A stretch of 64,000 nucleotides of DNA. Source: a virus. Both the position numbers and the translations under genes were made by a program. Below are positions 1-7,227 of this stretch, piece after piece; position 1 is the first letter of the stretch, and the number at the start of each line of letters is the position of its first letter. The DNA is taken from positions 1 to 64,000 of IMG/VR virus record IMGVR_UViG_3300027733_000050, one strand, 5' to 3'. The notes under the pieces were generated by a model. That model was not told where the DNA came from. It was given only the letters and a program-made list of their open reading frames with translations, and made no database searches.

Positions 1-155
1 ACCCATATATTAGTGGCATGAAATCTGCAAAGAATACAAATCCTAAGGCCCTAACAAAGACATCAAAAGATGTAATTAAGGCTACAGCTGTAAAGACCTC
101 AGCTGCTAACAAAGGTCTTGTTGGTAAATTTAAATTAAAAGCAAAAATCAAATGA
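1..155 (+). CDS. 3' end of a small lysine-rich basic protein gene, possibly partial at the window edge (in-window ATG at 18)
   Basis: Frame is open from the window edge to TGA at 153-155; translation is K/T-rich (..MKSAKNTNPKALTKTSKDVIKATAVKTSAANKGLVGKFKLKAKIK); same composition as the following ORFs. Confidence 0.35.
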   Translation, partial: PYISGMKSAKNTNPKALTKTSKDVIKATAVKTSAANKGLVGKFKLKAKIK

Positions 156-331
156 AAAAAATGATGAAAGAAGCCAAGACTGGCGAGATGTACTCTAGCA
201 AGAAAGCTATGATGATGCACGAAAAAGGCGAAGGCATGAAAGAAATGTCTAAGGAGTATGGTAAGAAAGCTGCTATGAAAAAAGCAATGGCTAAGAAGAC
301 CATGACAAAGAAAACTGCAAAGAAAAAATAA
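152..331 (+). CDS. small lysine-rich basic protein (59 aa)
   Basis: ATG at 152, TAA at 329-331; MKKMMKEAKTGEMYSSKKAMMMHEKGEGMKEMSKEYGKKAAMKKAMAKKTMTKKTAKKK; overlaps the upstream ORF by ATGA; below the 60-aa ORF-track cutoff. Confidence 0.4.
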   Translation: MKKMMKEAKTGEMYSSKKAMMMHEKGEGMKEMSKEYGKKAAMKKAMAKKTMTKKTAKKK

Positions 332-351
332 TCTAAAAAATAAAAAATAAA

Positions 352-783
352 ATGGCAACAACACCAAAAAAAATGGTAAAGACTGTTACTAAAAAATCAA
401 CACCTAAGACAGGTGGAGGTAATAGCACAACAACAACTCCAAAAGACAATGCAAAGACTAAAACATTTGCTAAAAACGCTGGAGTAAATACAATGAAAAG
501 TTTAGGTTCTAACAATGCAACAGTTGTTACAAAAGGCGGAAGAACTGAGTTAACTACTTACTACCAAGGTAAAGATTCATCAGGAAGAACAATTACTGTT
601 CCTAACAAAACATTTGCTGGAAAAACAACTGCACAAGTAGACAGTATCTCTAACACATTGAATGTTCCAAAAGGAGGATTCAAGAAGGTTACAACATCTA
701 CTTACCGTTCAAACGAGTCAACAAAAACTCCTAAAGGAACTGTAACTTTAAAAAAACCTGCAAAAGTAACTGCTAAAAAATAA
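352..783 (+). CDS. Thr/Lys-rich low-complexity basic protein (143 aa); possibly virion DNA-associated
   Basis: ORF track; strongly T/K-biased composition; tightly packed with co-directional neighbours. Confidence 0.5.
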   Translation: MATTPKKMVKTVTKKSTPKTGGGNSTTTTPKDNAKTKTFAKNAGVNTMKSLGSNNATVVTKGGRTELTTYYQGKDSSGRTITVPNKTFAGKTTAQVDSISNTLNVPKGGFKKVTTSTYRSNESTKTPKGTVTLKKPAKVTAKK

Positions 784-788
784 TTACC

Positions 789-938
789 ATGGCTACTAAG
801 AACAAAGTAGAGAAGGTAATGAAAGAGTTTAAGTCTGGAAAACTACACACTGGCTCCAAGAAGGGGCCAGTTGTGAAGTCTAAGAAGCAGGCTATAGCTA
901 TTGCCTTATCTGAACAACGCAAAGCAAATAAAAAATAA
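789..938 (+). CDS. small basic protein (49 aa) with KSGKLHTGSKKGPVVKSKKQAIAIALSE motif
   Basis: ATG at 789, TAA at 936-938 overlapping the next ATG (TAATG); MATKNKVEKVMKEFKSGKLHTGSKKGPVVKSKKQAIAIALSEQRKANKK; conserved-looking short basic protein. Confidence 0.4.
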   Translation: MATKNKVEKVMKEFKSGKLHTGSKKGPVVKSKKQAIAIALSEQRKANKK

Positions 939-1252
939 TGAATAAATTATTCTTACTAACGGCAGTGATATTACTAACAAGTTGCGTTCATAACACTGAA
1001 GACACAAATGTTTGTGGTAAGGAGATTGAAAACATTTCTTACACAGCTGATGTGAAGCCTATCATTCGTGAGAAGTGTATGGGTTGTCACCAGGATTATT
1101 TTTTGTATGACTCATTAAATGCAGACGTTGTATCTGGTGAGTTTTACAAGCGAGTTTTATACAAGAGAGACATGCCGCCATCAGGAGGTCTTGACACTTG
1201 CGATTATATTGTATTAAAAAGATGGTATTATAACGGTCACACTTCAAACTAA
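938..1252 (+). CDS. lipoprotein class I c-type cytochrome (CxxCH heme-binding motif and MPP Met-ligand motif)
   Basis: N-terminal signal with lipobox LLTSC; EKCMGCHQD = CXXCH; later RDMPPSGG resembles the Met-ligand MPPN of cytochrome c551/c552; mature size about 85 aa is typical of small cytochromes c. Confidence 0.55.
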   Translation: MNKLFLLTAVILLTSCVHNTEDTNVCGKEIENISYTADVKPIIREKCMGCHQDYFLYDSLNADVVSGEFYKRVLYKRDMPPSGGLDTCDYIVLKRWYYNGHTSN

Positions 1253-1258
1253 TAAACT

Positions 1259-1531
1259 ATGGCAAAGAATCCACCAGTAGACAACAAAAAGCCTAATTTA
1301 AGATTAGGTTCCACATCAGAAAATAAAAATCCAAGTTCTCCTAAGTTTGATGTAGGAGCATCTGCAAACAAGAGAGGTTATTCATTAAATGCAGGAGTAT
1401 CGCTACCACTTTCTAAAAATTTTTCTGTTGGAGTGTCTGGTTTTAAGGGGAAAGAAGAAGGCCAAAAATTTAGTGGTAAGGAATTTAATGCTACGGTTAC
1501 TATTCCTTTAAATAGAAAAAAGAAAAAGTAA
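1259..1531 (+). CDS. hypothetical basic protein (90 aa)
   Basis: ORF track; K-rich; start overlaps nothing and stop abuts the next gene (ATG at 1531). Confidence 0.45.
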   Translation: MAKNPPVDNKKPNLRLGSTSENKNPSSPKFDVGASANKRGYSLNAGVSLPLSKNFSVGVSGFKGKEEGQKFSGKEFNATVTIPLNRKKKK

Positions 1532-1797
1532 TGCCATACGTTAATAAGGCTAGACCTTACAAAAAAGAGTACGAGCAATATCACAGCAGCGAAGAGCAGA
1601 AGAAAAATCGTGCTAAGAGAAACGCTGCTCGAAAAGAACTAGAGAAGAAAGGTGTTGTAAAAAAAGGAGATGGCAAAGACGTTGACCATAAGACTCCTAT
1701 ATCTAAAGGCGGAACAAATAAAAAATCAAATTTAAGAGCAATAAAAAAATCCGCAAACAGATCTTTTGCTAGAAATAGCGACCACTCAGTAAAGTAG
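1531..1797 (+). CDS. small HNH-family nuclease-like protein
   Basis: DVDHKTPISKGGTNKKSNLRAIKKSANRS matches the HNH core (DH..P.skGG....NL.....sCN) but lacks the flanking zinc cysteines; basic N-terminus. Confidence 0.5.
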   Translation: MPYVNKARPYKKEYEQYHSSEEQKKNRAKRNAARKELEKKGVVKKGDGKDVDHKTPISKGGTNKKSNLRAIKKSANRSFARNSDHSVK

Positions 1798-1825
1798 TGG
1801 TACATCTTTTGCTGGTAAAAACTTT

Positions 1826-3088
1826 ATGAGGAAAAAAGATAATGTTATCAGCACTGAAGATTTAAAGTCAATAATCGAACAGTCAATAACAAAACATCAA
1901 AACGAACTTCCTAATGTTATTAGGGGTAAGATTTTAGACTTCTTAAAAAAGAAGGGCTATCTATTTGTAAATAATTTTGGAAAGATTAGACCTATAACTA
2001 GCGATGGTATTCGTAAGAGAATGGAAAGATGTTATGAGATTAGAAATAAAATCAAAGACAACCCAATTCCAGAGACAGAATCAGAGCCTATCTCTTGGGA
2101 AAAAGATTTACAAAAGAAAACGGAGAAGTTAGAAGAAAAAAATTTAAAGAAGAAATATGAATCCTTATTGGATGAGTATGATAACTTAAAGAGGATCTCT
2201 GGATTTACAAAAGAATTTTTTAAGCCACTACAAGATTGGAAGATACCTATTAAGGGTAATCAAATAGATAAGTCTATAGCTGTAGTATTAGCCAGCGACT
2301 GGCATTACGAAGAGGAGGTTAGGCCAGAGACTGTAAACCATCTTAACTCATTCGACTTAAAAATTGCGGACAATAGAATTAACAGCTTTTTTAATAACAT
2401 TGTTAAGTTAATAAAAAAAGAACAAAAGGATAGCAATATCAATACTTTGGTGTTAGCTTTGCTTGGTGACTTTATAACTGGTAACATACATGACGATAAC
2501 GTAGAGTCATCGCAGTTAGGTGTTGGTGCAGCGTTATGGACAGTACAGTCTAGAATCAACTCAGGTATAAAGTTCTTGTTAGACAACACGAATCTTGATC
2601 TAGTAATACCATGCCACAGTGGTAATCATGCTAGACATACTAAGAAGCAGAGGATAGCTAACGAGAACGATAACTCACTAGAGTGGTTAATGTATAAAAA
2701 CTTAGCTACATTGTGGGCAGGAAACAAAAGAGTATTGTTCCTTGTAGGCGACTCATATCATAGCTATGTAGAGGTATTCCCAGGATATACAATTAGGTTT
2801 CACCATGGCCATCACGTTAGATACGGTGGGGGCATAGGTGGCTTAACTATTCCTATTAACAAGGCTATATCTCAGTGGAACAAGAACAGAAATGTACAGC
2901 TAGACTGCCTAGGACACTTTCATCAGTTTCACGATGGAGGAAACTTTGTAGTTAACAGTTCACTGATTGGATTTAGTCCGTATGCTATTAGCGTAAAGGG
3001 AGCCTACGAAAGACCAACACAAACTTTCTTTTTAATAAATGGAAGATACTTAGAGAAGACATGCACAACTAAAATATTTCTTGAATAA
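1826..3088 (+). CDS. calcineurin-like metallophosphoesterase (Mre11/SbcD-type phosphoesterase fold)
   Basis: Ordered motifs LASDWHY (DxH), LLGDFITGNIHDD (GDxxD), HSGNHARH (GNH[DE]), HHGHH and CLGHFHQFHDGG (GHxH); long charged N-terminal extension. Confidence 0.55.
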   Translation: MRKKDNVISTEDLKSIIEQSITKHQNELPNVIRGKILDFLKKKGYLFVNNFGKIRPITSDGIRKRMERCYEIRNKIKDNPIPETESEPISWEKDLQKKTEKLEEKNLKKKYESLLDEYDNLKRISGFTKEFFKPLQDWKIPIKGNQIDKSIAVVLASDWHYEEEVRPETVNHLNSFDLKIADNRINSFFNNIVKLIKKEQKDSNINTLVLALLGDFITGNIHDDNVESSQLGVGAALWTVQSRINSGIKFLLDNTNLDLVIPCHSGNHARHTKKQRIANENDNSLEWLMYKNLATLWAGNKRVLFLVGDSYHSYVEVFPGYTIRFHHGHHVRYGGGIGGLTIPINKAISQWNKNRNVQLDCLGHFHQFHDGGNFVVNSSLIGFSPYAISVKGAYERPTQTFFLINGRYLEKTCTTKIFLE

Positions 3089-3679
3089 ATGAAAAAGAAC
3101 ATCATTGCACTATGCGGAGACATGAAGTCTGGTAAGTCATCAGTAGCTAGAACAATATATCAAAAGCTAGATGACTGTATGATTATACCGTTTGCTGGCA
3201 TATCAAAGCAATGCATTGAAATGATTACAGGGATTGAGATGACCGACAGGCAGCCTGATGGAAGCTATGATTATAGTCAAACTCAAAAGCAGAAGCATTT
3301 ACCTGGTGGTATGATGTTAGGTCAGTTTATAAGAGACTTTTCTGAATCAGTAAGGAGCATTGATCCTTATATATGGGCAGATGCTACGATCAGACAGATT
3401 AATGATATTAGCAGAAGAAATTACATTATTCCAGACTTGAGGATGAAGCATGAGTTTGAGGCTTTGGTTAACCTAGAGAGTGACGATGACTTTAGCGTTT
3501 TTATTTACAGAATCGAAGCAGATGATCAGCTAAAGAAGATTCAAAAGCATGATGGAAGGGATCTGTCACACCCAACCGAAGTTAGCCATAAATTGTTCAA
3601 TGTAGACAAAACTTACACCAACAAGATGGGGTTAATTAATTTAGAATCAATAGCTAACGATATTATCAAGGGCTTGTAA
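3089..3679 (+). CDS. deoxynucleoside monophosphate kinase (T4 gp1-like P-loop kinase)
   Basis: IIALCGDMKSGKSSVA resembles the T4 Dnk P-loop (IFLSGVKRSGKDTTA); YIIPDLRMKHEFEAL resembles the T4 YYIVPDTRQDHEMDAA; size 196 aa. Confidence 0.6.
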   Translation: MKKNIIALCGDMKSGKSSVARTIYQKLDDCMIIPFAGISKQCIEMITGIEMTDRQPDGSYDYSQTQKQKHLPGGMMLGQFIRDFSESVRSIDPYIWADATIRQINDISRRNYIIPDLRMKHEFEALVNLESDDDFSVFIYRIEADDQLKKIQKHDGRDLSHPTEVSHKLFNVDKTYTNKMGLINLESIANDIIKGL

Positions 3680-3708
3680 AATAGCCAGAAATTCGCCATA
3701 TTTACTGT

Positions 3709-4248
3709 ATGGAATCGATCATACAGTTACTCAACTCAATTAAAGAATTTTGGCATGATATTATTTTTTGGTATGTTGTCCCAGAGATGCAGAATGTCGT
3801 TGTATTAAGAAACGGTAAATTTCATAGGCAGACAGGGCCTGGGTTACATTTTAAGTTACCATGCATATTTTCATTTGGCGATGAGCTTCACTATGTAGAT
3901 ACGGTAACAGAGACAACAGATACCCAGCCACAGACAGTGACTACAAAGGATAACTTACAGGTTGTAGTGTCTGCTATTATTAAGCATAAGGTAGTTGATC
4001 CTAAGGTTTACATTATAGAGGTAATGGATGTAAAGTCTGCTATTGTTGACATTACCATGGGCAAGATAAAAAGAAATGTAATGGAAAGGACATGGGATGA
4101 ATGTATCAACCAGGGACTAGACAACGAGATTGCAAAGCAGGCTAGAAGCGAGGCTAAGAAATGGGGTGTTTATATCGAGGAGGTAACTATCATCAACTTA
4201 GCACAGATCAGGTCGGTAAGGTTAATTACTAACAATAGTTTGCTATAA
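3709..4248 (+). CDS. SPFH/band-7 (stomatin/prohibitin/HflKC-like) domain protein
   Basis: N-terminal hydrophobic segment; then VVLRNGKFHRQTGPGLHFKLP...TKDNLQVVVSAII..VVDP...VTIINLAQI pattern typical of the Band 7 domain. Confidence 0.6.
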   Translation: MESIIQLLNSIKEFWHDIIFWYVVPEMQNVVVLRNGKFHRQTGPGLHFKLPCIFSFGDELHYVDTVTETTDTQPQTVTTKDNLQVVVSAIIKHKVVDPKVYIIEVMDVKSAIVDITMGKIKRNVMERTWDECINQGLDNEIAKQARSEAKKWGVYIEEVTIINLAQIRSVRLITNNSLL

Positions 4249-4301
4249 TTAAAAACATTTTTATATTTGCCCCTCGTTCTTTATAAATCACAATGCTTTC
4301 C

Positions 4302-4338
4302 GAAGCGTGGACTCGAACCCCAGTACCGTAATATTGGG
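4302..4338 (-). other. tRNA 3'-half-like sequence (T-arm-like GGGGTTCGAGTCC plus acceptor-like CTTCGGA), partly overlapping the terminator hairpin
   Basis: The minus strand reads CTGGGGTTCGAGTCCACGCTTCGGAAAG; GTTCGAGTCC is a canonical T-loop/stem core, but there is one T-stem mismatch and no matching 5' half was found. Confidence 0.25.
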
Positions 4339-4348
4339 GTTTTATTTT
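4317..4348 (+). terminator. rho-independent terminator after the band-7 gene (hairpin CCCCAGTA-loop-TATTGGGG, then TTTTATTTT)
   Basis: 8-bp stem with one G-U pair, 6-nt loop, U-tract on the + strand; abuts the stop of the convergent VRR-NUC gene. Confidence 0.55.
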
Positions 4349-4806
4349 GTCAAATCGGAAACAATTTTTTTGATCTTTAGGTCTACCTCAGCAATTGTTT
4401 GCTCTATGTCCTTTGCTACAATGTAGATTCCTCCACACTTTTCCACTTCTGCCATCCTTTCTTTTTGATCGTCAGATAGTCTATCCTTTCCAATCTTAAT
4501 TTCTATTGCTAGTTTAACACCGATCTTAACTCCGTTTAATACAAAAGGGTATATTCCATCAACATCCTCAAACCCTCTCTTCATTCCTGACTTACGCCAG
4601 ATCCCTTTTGCAGAATCAAACTGGCCTTGTGTGTTTACCCTTCTACCAGCACCGCCTACAGACTCAAGCCATCTGATAACCTGGTCTGTTAGCCTATTTG
4701 CTGGTGACACGTTTTTGTTTTTACCTTTTGAGAGCCTAGCTGCCGAAAAATAGATCTCAGCTCTTTCTTGTTGCGATAAATTATCTAAATGAAGTTCTTC
4801 GCCCAT
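4342..4806 (-). CDS. VRR-NUC domain nuclease (PD-(D/E)XK superfamily)
   Basis: GFEDVDGIYPFVLNG..KLAIEIKIGKDRLSDDQKERMAEVEKCGGIYIVAKDIEQ matches the VRR-NUC pattern (D...E.K...LS..Q..w...l...G....v). Confidence 0.6.
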   Translation of the reverse strand: MGEELHLDNLSQQERAEIYFSAARLSKGKNKNVSPANRLTDQVIRWLESVGGAGRRVNTQGQFDSAKGIWRKSGMKRGFEDVDGIYPFVLNGVKIGVKLAIEIKIGKDRLSDDQKERMAEVEKCGGIYIVAKDIEQTIAEVDLKIKKIVSDLTK

Positions 4807-4847
4807 AATTAAATAAATATATTTATATTTGTCAAAAATAAAGTAAA

Positions 4848-5048
4848 ATGATCATAAAACCAATTACTATTGATTTGCGAAAGGATGGATACGAAGATCT
4901 ATATGATTATGTCCTTGAATACGCAAAGAAGAATAACCGAGGAAAGATTTCATCTGCTGTTATTGATATCATAAGAGATCATGAGCAAAAACAGATGGAG
5001 AAGAATATTATTGTTCTACAGGGTGACAGGGTATTAGCAAAGGCATGA
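4848..5048 (+). CDS. small hypothetical protein, possibly RHH-like DNA-binding (66 aa)
   Basis: ORF track; predicted beta strand then two helices (KPITIDLRKDGYEDLYDYVLEYAKK..ISSAVIDIIRDH); sits upstream of the terminase genes. Confidence 0.35.
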   Translation: MIIKPITIDLRKDGYEDLYDYVLEYAKKNNRGKISSAVIDIIRDHEQKQMEKNIIVLQGDRVLAKA

Positions 5049-5398
5049 TAGACAAAGAAGTTTTAGAGCAGTGCAAGACAATTGCTAAGGCAAACCCAGC
5101 TGTTGCCAAATTATTAGAAGGTTTCCTCATTCTTAATGAATCGCCATACAAAGAATCTTATATGGTTATATACGATCTTATAGATACATGGCAGAGTGAG
5201 CTAAAGGAGAACATGACTAAGATCAATCTTTTAAAGGCAGAGGATAAAGCATTTGATAGGGCATTTAAGTTGTCTACGTCTATGCCAGATCTTATTGCTG
5301 GTCTTGATAGCATTAGAGATAAGATGTCACCAGAGATGAAGGAAGATGCAGATAAGAAGAGAAGAGCAAAGAAATCAGAAGGTAAAATAATTTTATGA
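5045..5398 (+). CDS. putative terminase small subunit (assigned by position only)
   Basis: 117-aa charged helical protein immediately upstream of, and overlapping, the large terminase gene; no diagnostic motif. Confidence 0.3.
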   Translation: MIDKEVLEQCKTIAKANPAVAKLLEGFLILNESPYKESYMVIYDLIDTWQSELKENMTKINLLKAEDKAFDRAFKLSTSMPDLIAGLDSIRDKMSPEMKEDADKKRRAKKSEGKIIL

Positions 5399-7209
5399 CG
5401 ATAATCAACAATAAAAAGAAAAAGTCACCGATATACACTTACGAGCCGCCACCACTTTTCAAGACGAAGCTCGATGAGCAGCGATATTGGGAGCAGGAGA
5501 AGCAAAGGTGGGTTGAGGGATATAACGATATGCCTGGTACTTTTTATTATGCGATTACGCAGGGTTGGGTAAAGGATCGTATTACTGGTATCATTGCCAG
5601 ACCTACTGTAAGGTATGTTGACTTGTTCATTCATGAATTTATTCAAAAGCAGAGAAACGCAAAGAGAATGGGAGGCGTTATAAAGCCCAGGGGGGTAGGT
5701 TTCTCTACTCAGGTGGGGATACTTTGTAATTACTTCTCTCGTGTGTACCCAGGATCAACAAGCATTGTAACGTCAAAGGATCAGGATGGTATTCAGACTA
5801 TCTTTAAGGAAAAGGTTTTGCCTGCCTATGAGAACATGCCTGTGGCTATTAAGCCAGATGTTGTAAACAAGAACGATACCAAGCAGATGTGCTACCTTCG
5901 TGTACAGGTTCCTGTAAAGAGAGGTGAGGTTGTAGAGTATGCAGAGTCTGAGGTATACCTTCGTGAAACATCTGAGAGTCCTAAGAGCCCTACAAACCTA
6001 TCAGGTAAGGGAGCTATCTTTGGTGCATACGATGAGTTCCCATTACATCCTAGAAGAAAGGAGCTTTTGAACTCTTCTATTGAGTGTTATCGTAATCCTG
6101 TAACAAAGTCGTTAGATGGTTTTTTATTGTGGGGAGGAACGGTAGAGGCTGCATTGACATCTGAACAGTTAAATAAGTTTAGGAGCATGGTATCCGACTC
6201 TACTATCTGGGACTGTGATATTTTGTTTATTCCGTTCTGGATGCAAATGTTTCTAACAAACGGATGGCCTGACCAGAAAAGAGCTGAGGAGTGGTGGGAA
6301 AAAGAATATGAGAAGTTAAACAAGGCTTCCGACAAAGATTCCTTAAAAGCATTCATTCGTAACAATCCTAGGAATTTGGATGATATATTTGAGTCATCAG
6401 AGGGATCTAGATGGGAAGATGATGTAAGCGAATTAATCAAGGAGCAACGTAAGATTGTGATCAACACTGTTCCAGAAAGAACTACTGGTAGATTCTTAGA
6501 CTATGGTAACGCTGTTAGCTTTACTCCAGATAAGGCAGGTAACTGTGTTGTTATGGAACAGCCTAAGCCTGATGTAATTTATTACGAGGTAGTCGATGGT
6601 GTTGCTACAGGTACAGAGTCTGGAAGCAAGGATGGATCAAAGGTTGCAGGGCTTATTATAAAGGGATTTGATCCAGCTGGTGAAAGTTATAAGCCTGTTG
6701 CCATGTATTTAGAAAGGCCAAAGACTGTAGAGCAAAGTTATATAACCCTTGCCTCTATGGCTAAGTATTATAATAAATACGATAACTTTAAGGGTATTAT
6801 GGCCGAAGCTAACGCTGCAACGGCAGATCACTTTAGTACATACCTTAACAGAGTAGGGTTAGGAAAATTTATTATGTACAGAAAAAATTTAAGTGGGGCC
6901 AGGACAAACACTCAGAACAGACCATTTTATTATGTCAATAATGAGATCAGGGATTATCAGATGCGACAGGCAAATCCTTTCTTGAGGAAGCACATATCTA
7001 GCATTATGCTTCTTGAGTTATTGGATCAGATGCTAATGGGAGCAGAAGAAAACACTGACGTTCTGGATGCGTGGTTGATGTTGTTCTTGGCGTTACCTCC
7101 AGATTATGATGCAAGCCCTAAGAAGAAAAGGGTAGAAAGAAAAAGAATGATAAGAGTTTACTCAAGAAATAATAGCGGACAGCTAATTGTGGAATGGAAA
7201 ACCGTATAA
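5395..7209 (+). CDS. terL: terminase large subunit
   Basis: 604 aa; Walker A-like IKPRGVGFSTQ; Walker B-like AIFGAYDEF; acidic nuclease-domain region towards the C-terminus; followed directly by the portal-sized gene. Confidence 0.65.
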   Translation: MTIINNKKKKSPIYTYEPPPLFKTKLDEQRYWEQEKQRWVEGYNDMPGTFYYAITQGWVKDRITGIIARPTVRYVDLFIHEFIQKQRNAKRMGGVIKPRGVGFSTQVGILCNYFSRVYPGSTSIVTSKDQDGIQTIFKEKVLPAYENMPVAIKPDVVNKNDTKQMCYLRVQVPVKRGEVVEYAESEVYLRETSESPKSPTNLSGKGAIFGAYDEFPLHPRRKELLNSSIECYRNPVTKSLDGFLLWGGTVEAALTSEQLNKFRSMVSDSTIWDCDILFIPFWMQMFLTNGWPDQKRAEEWWEKEYEKLNKASDKDSLKAFIRNNPRNLDDIFESSEGSRWEDDVSELIKEQRKIVINTVPERTTGRFLDYGNAVSFTPDKAGNCVVMEQPKPDVIYYEVVDGVATGTESGSKDGSKVAGLIIKGFDPAGESYKPVAMYLERPKTVEQSYITLASMAKYYNKYDNFKGIMAEANAATADHFSTYLNRVGLGKFIMYRKNLSGARTNTQNRPFYYVNNEIRDYQMRQANPFLRKHISSIMLLELLDQMLMGAEENTDVLDAWLMLFLALPPDYDASPKKKRVERKRMIRVYSRNNSGQLIVEWKTV

Positions 7210-7227
7210 ATTTAGTATTTTTGTAAA

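Noticed and set aside
2305-2589. Antisense ORFs inside long genes (for example 2305-2589, 6087-6467, 8424-8843, 17404-17730, 34792-35169, 39364-39720)
   Set aside because: Each lies wholly inside a well-supported longer gene on the opposite strand; no independent support
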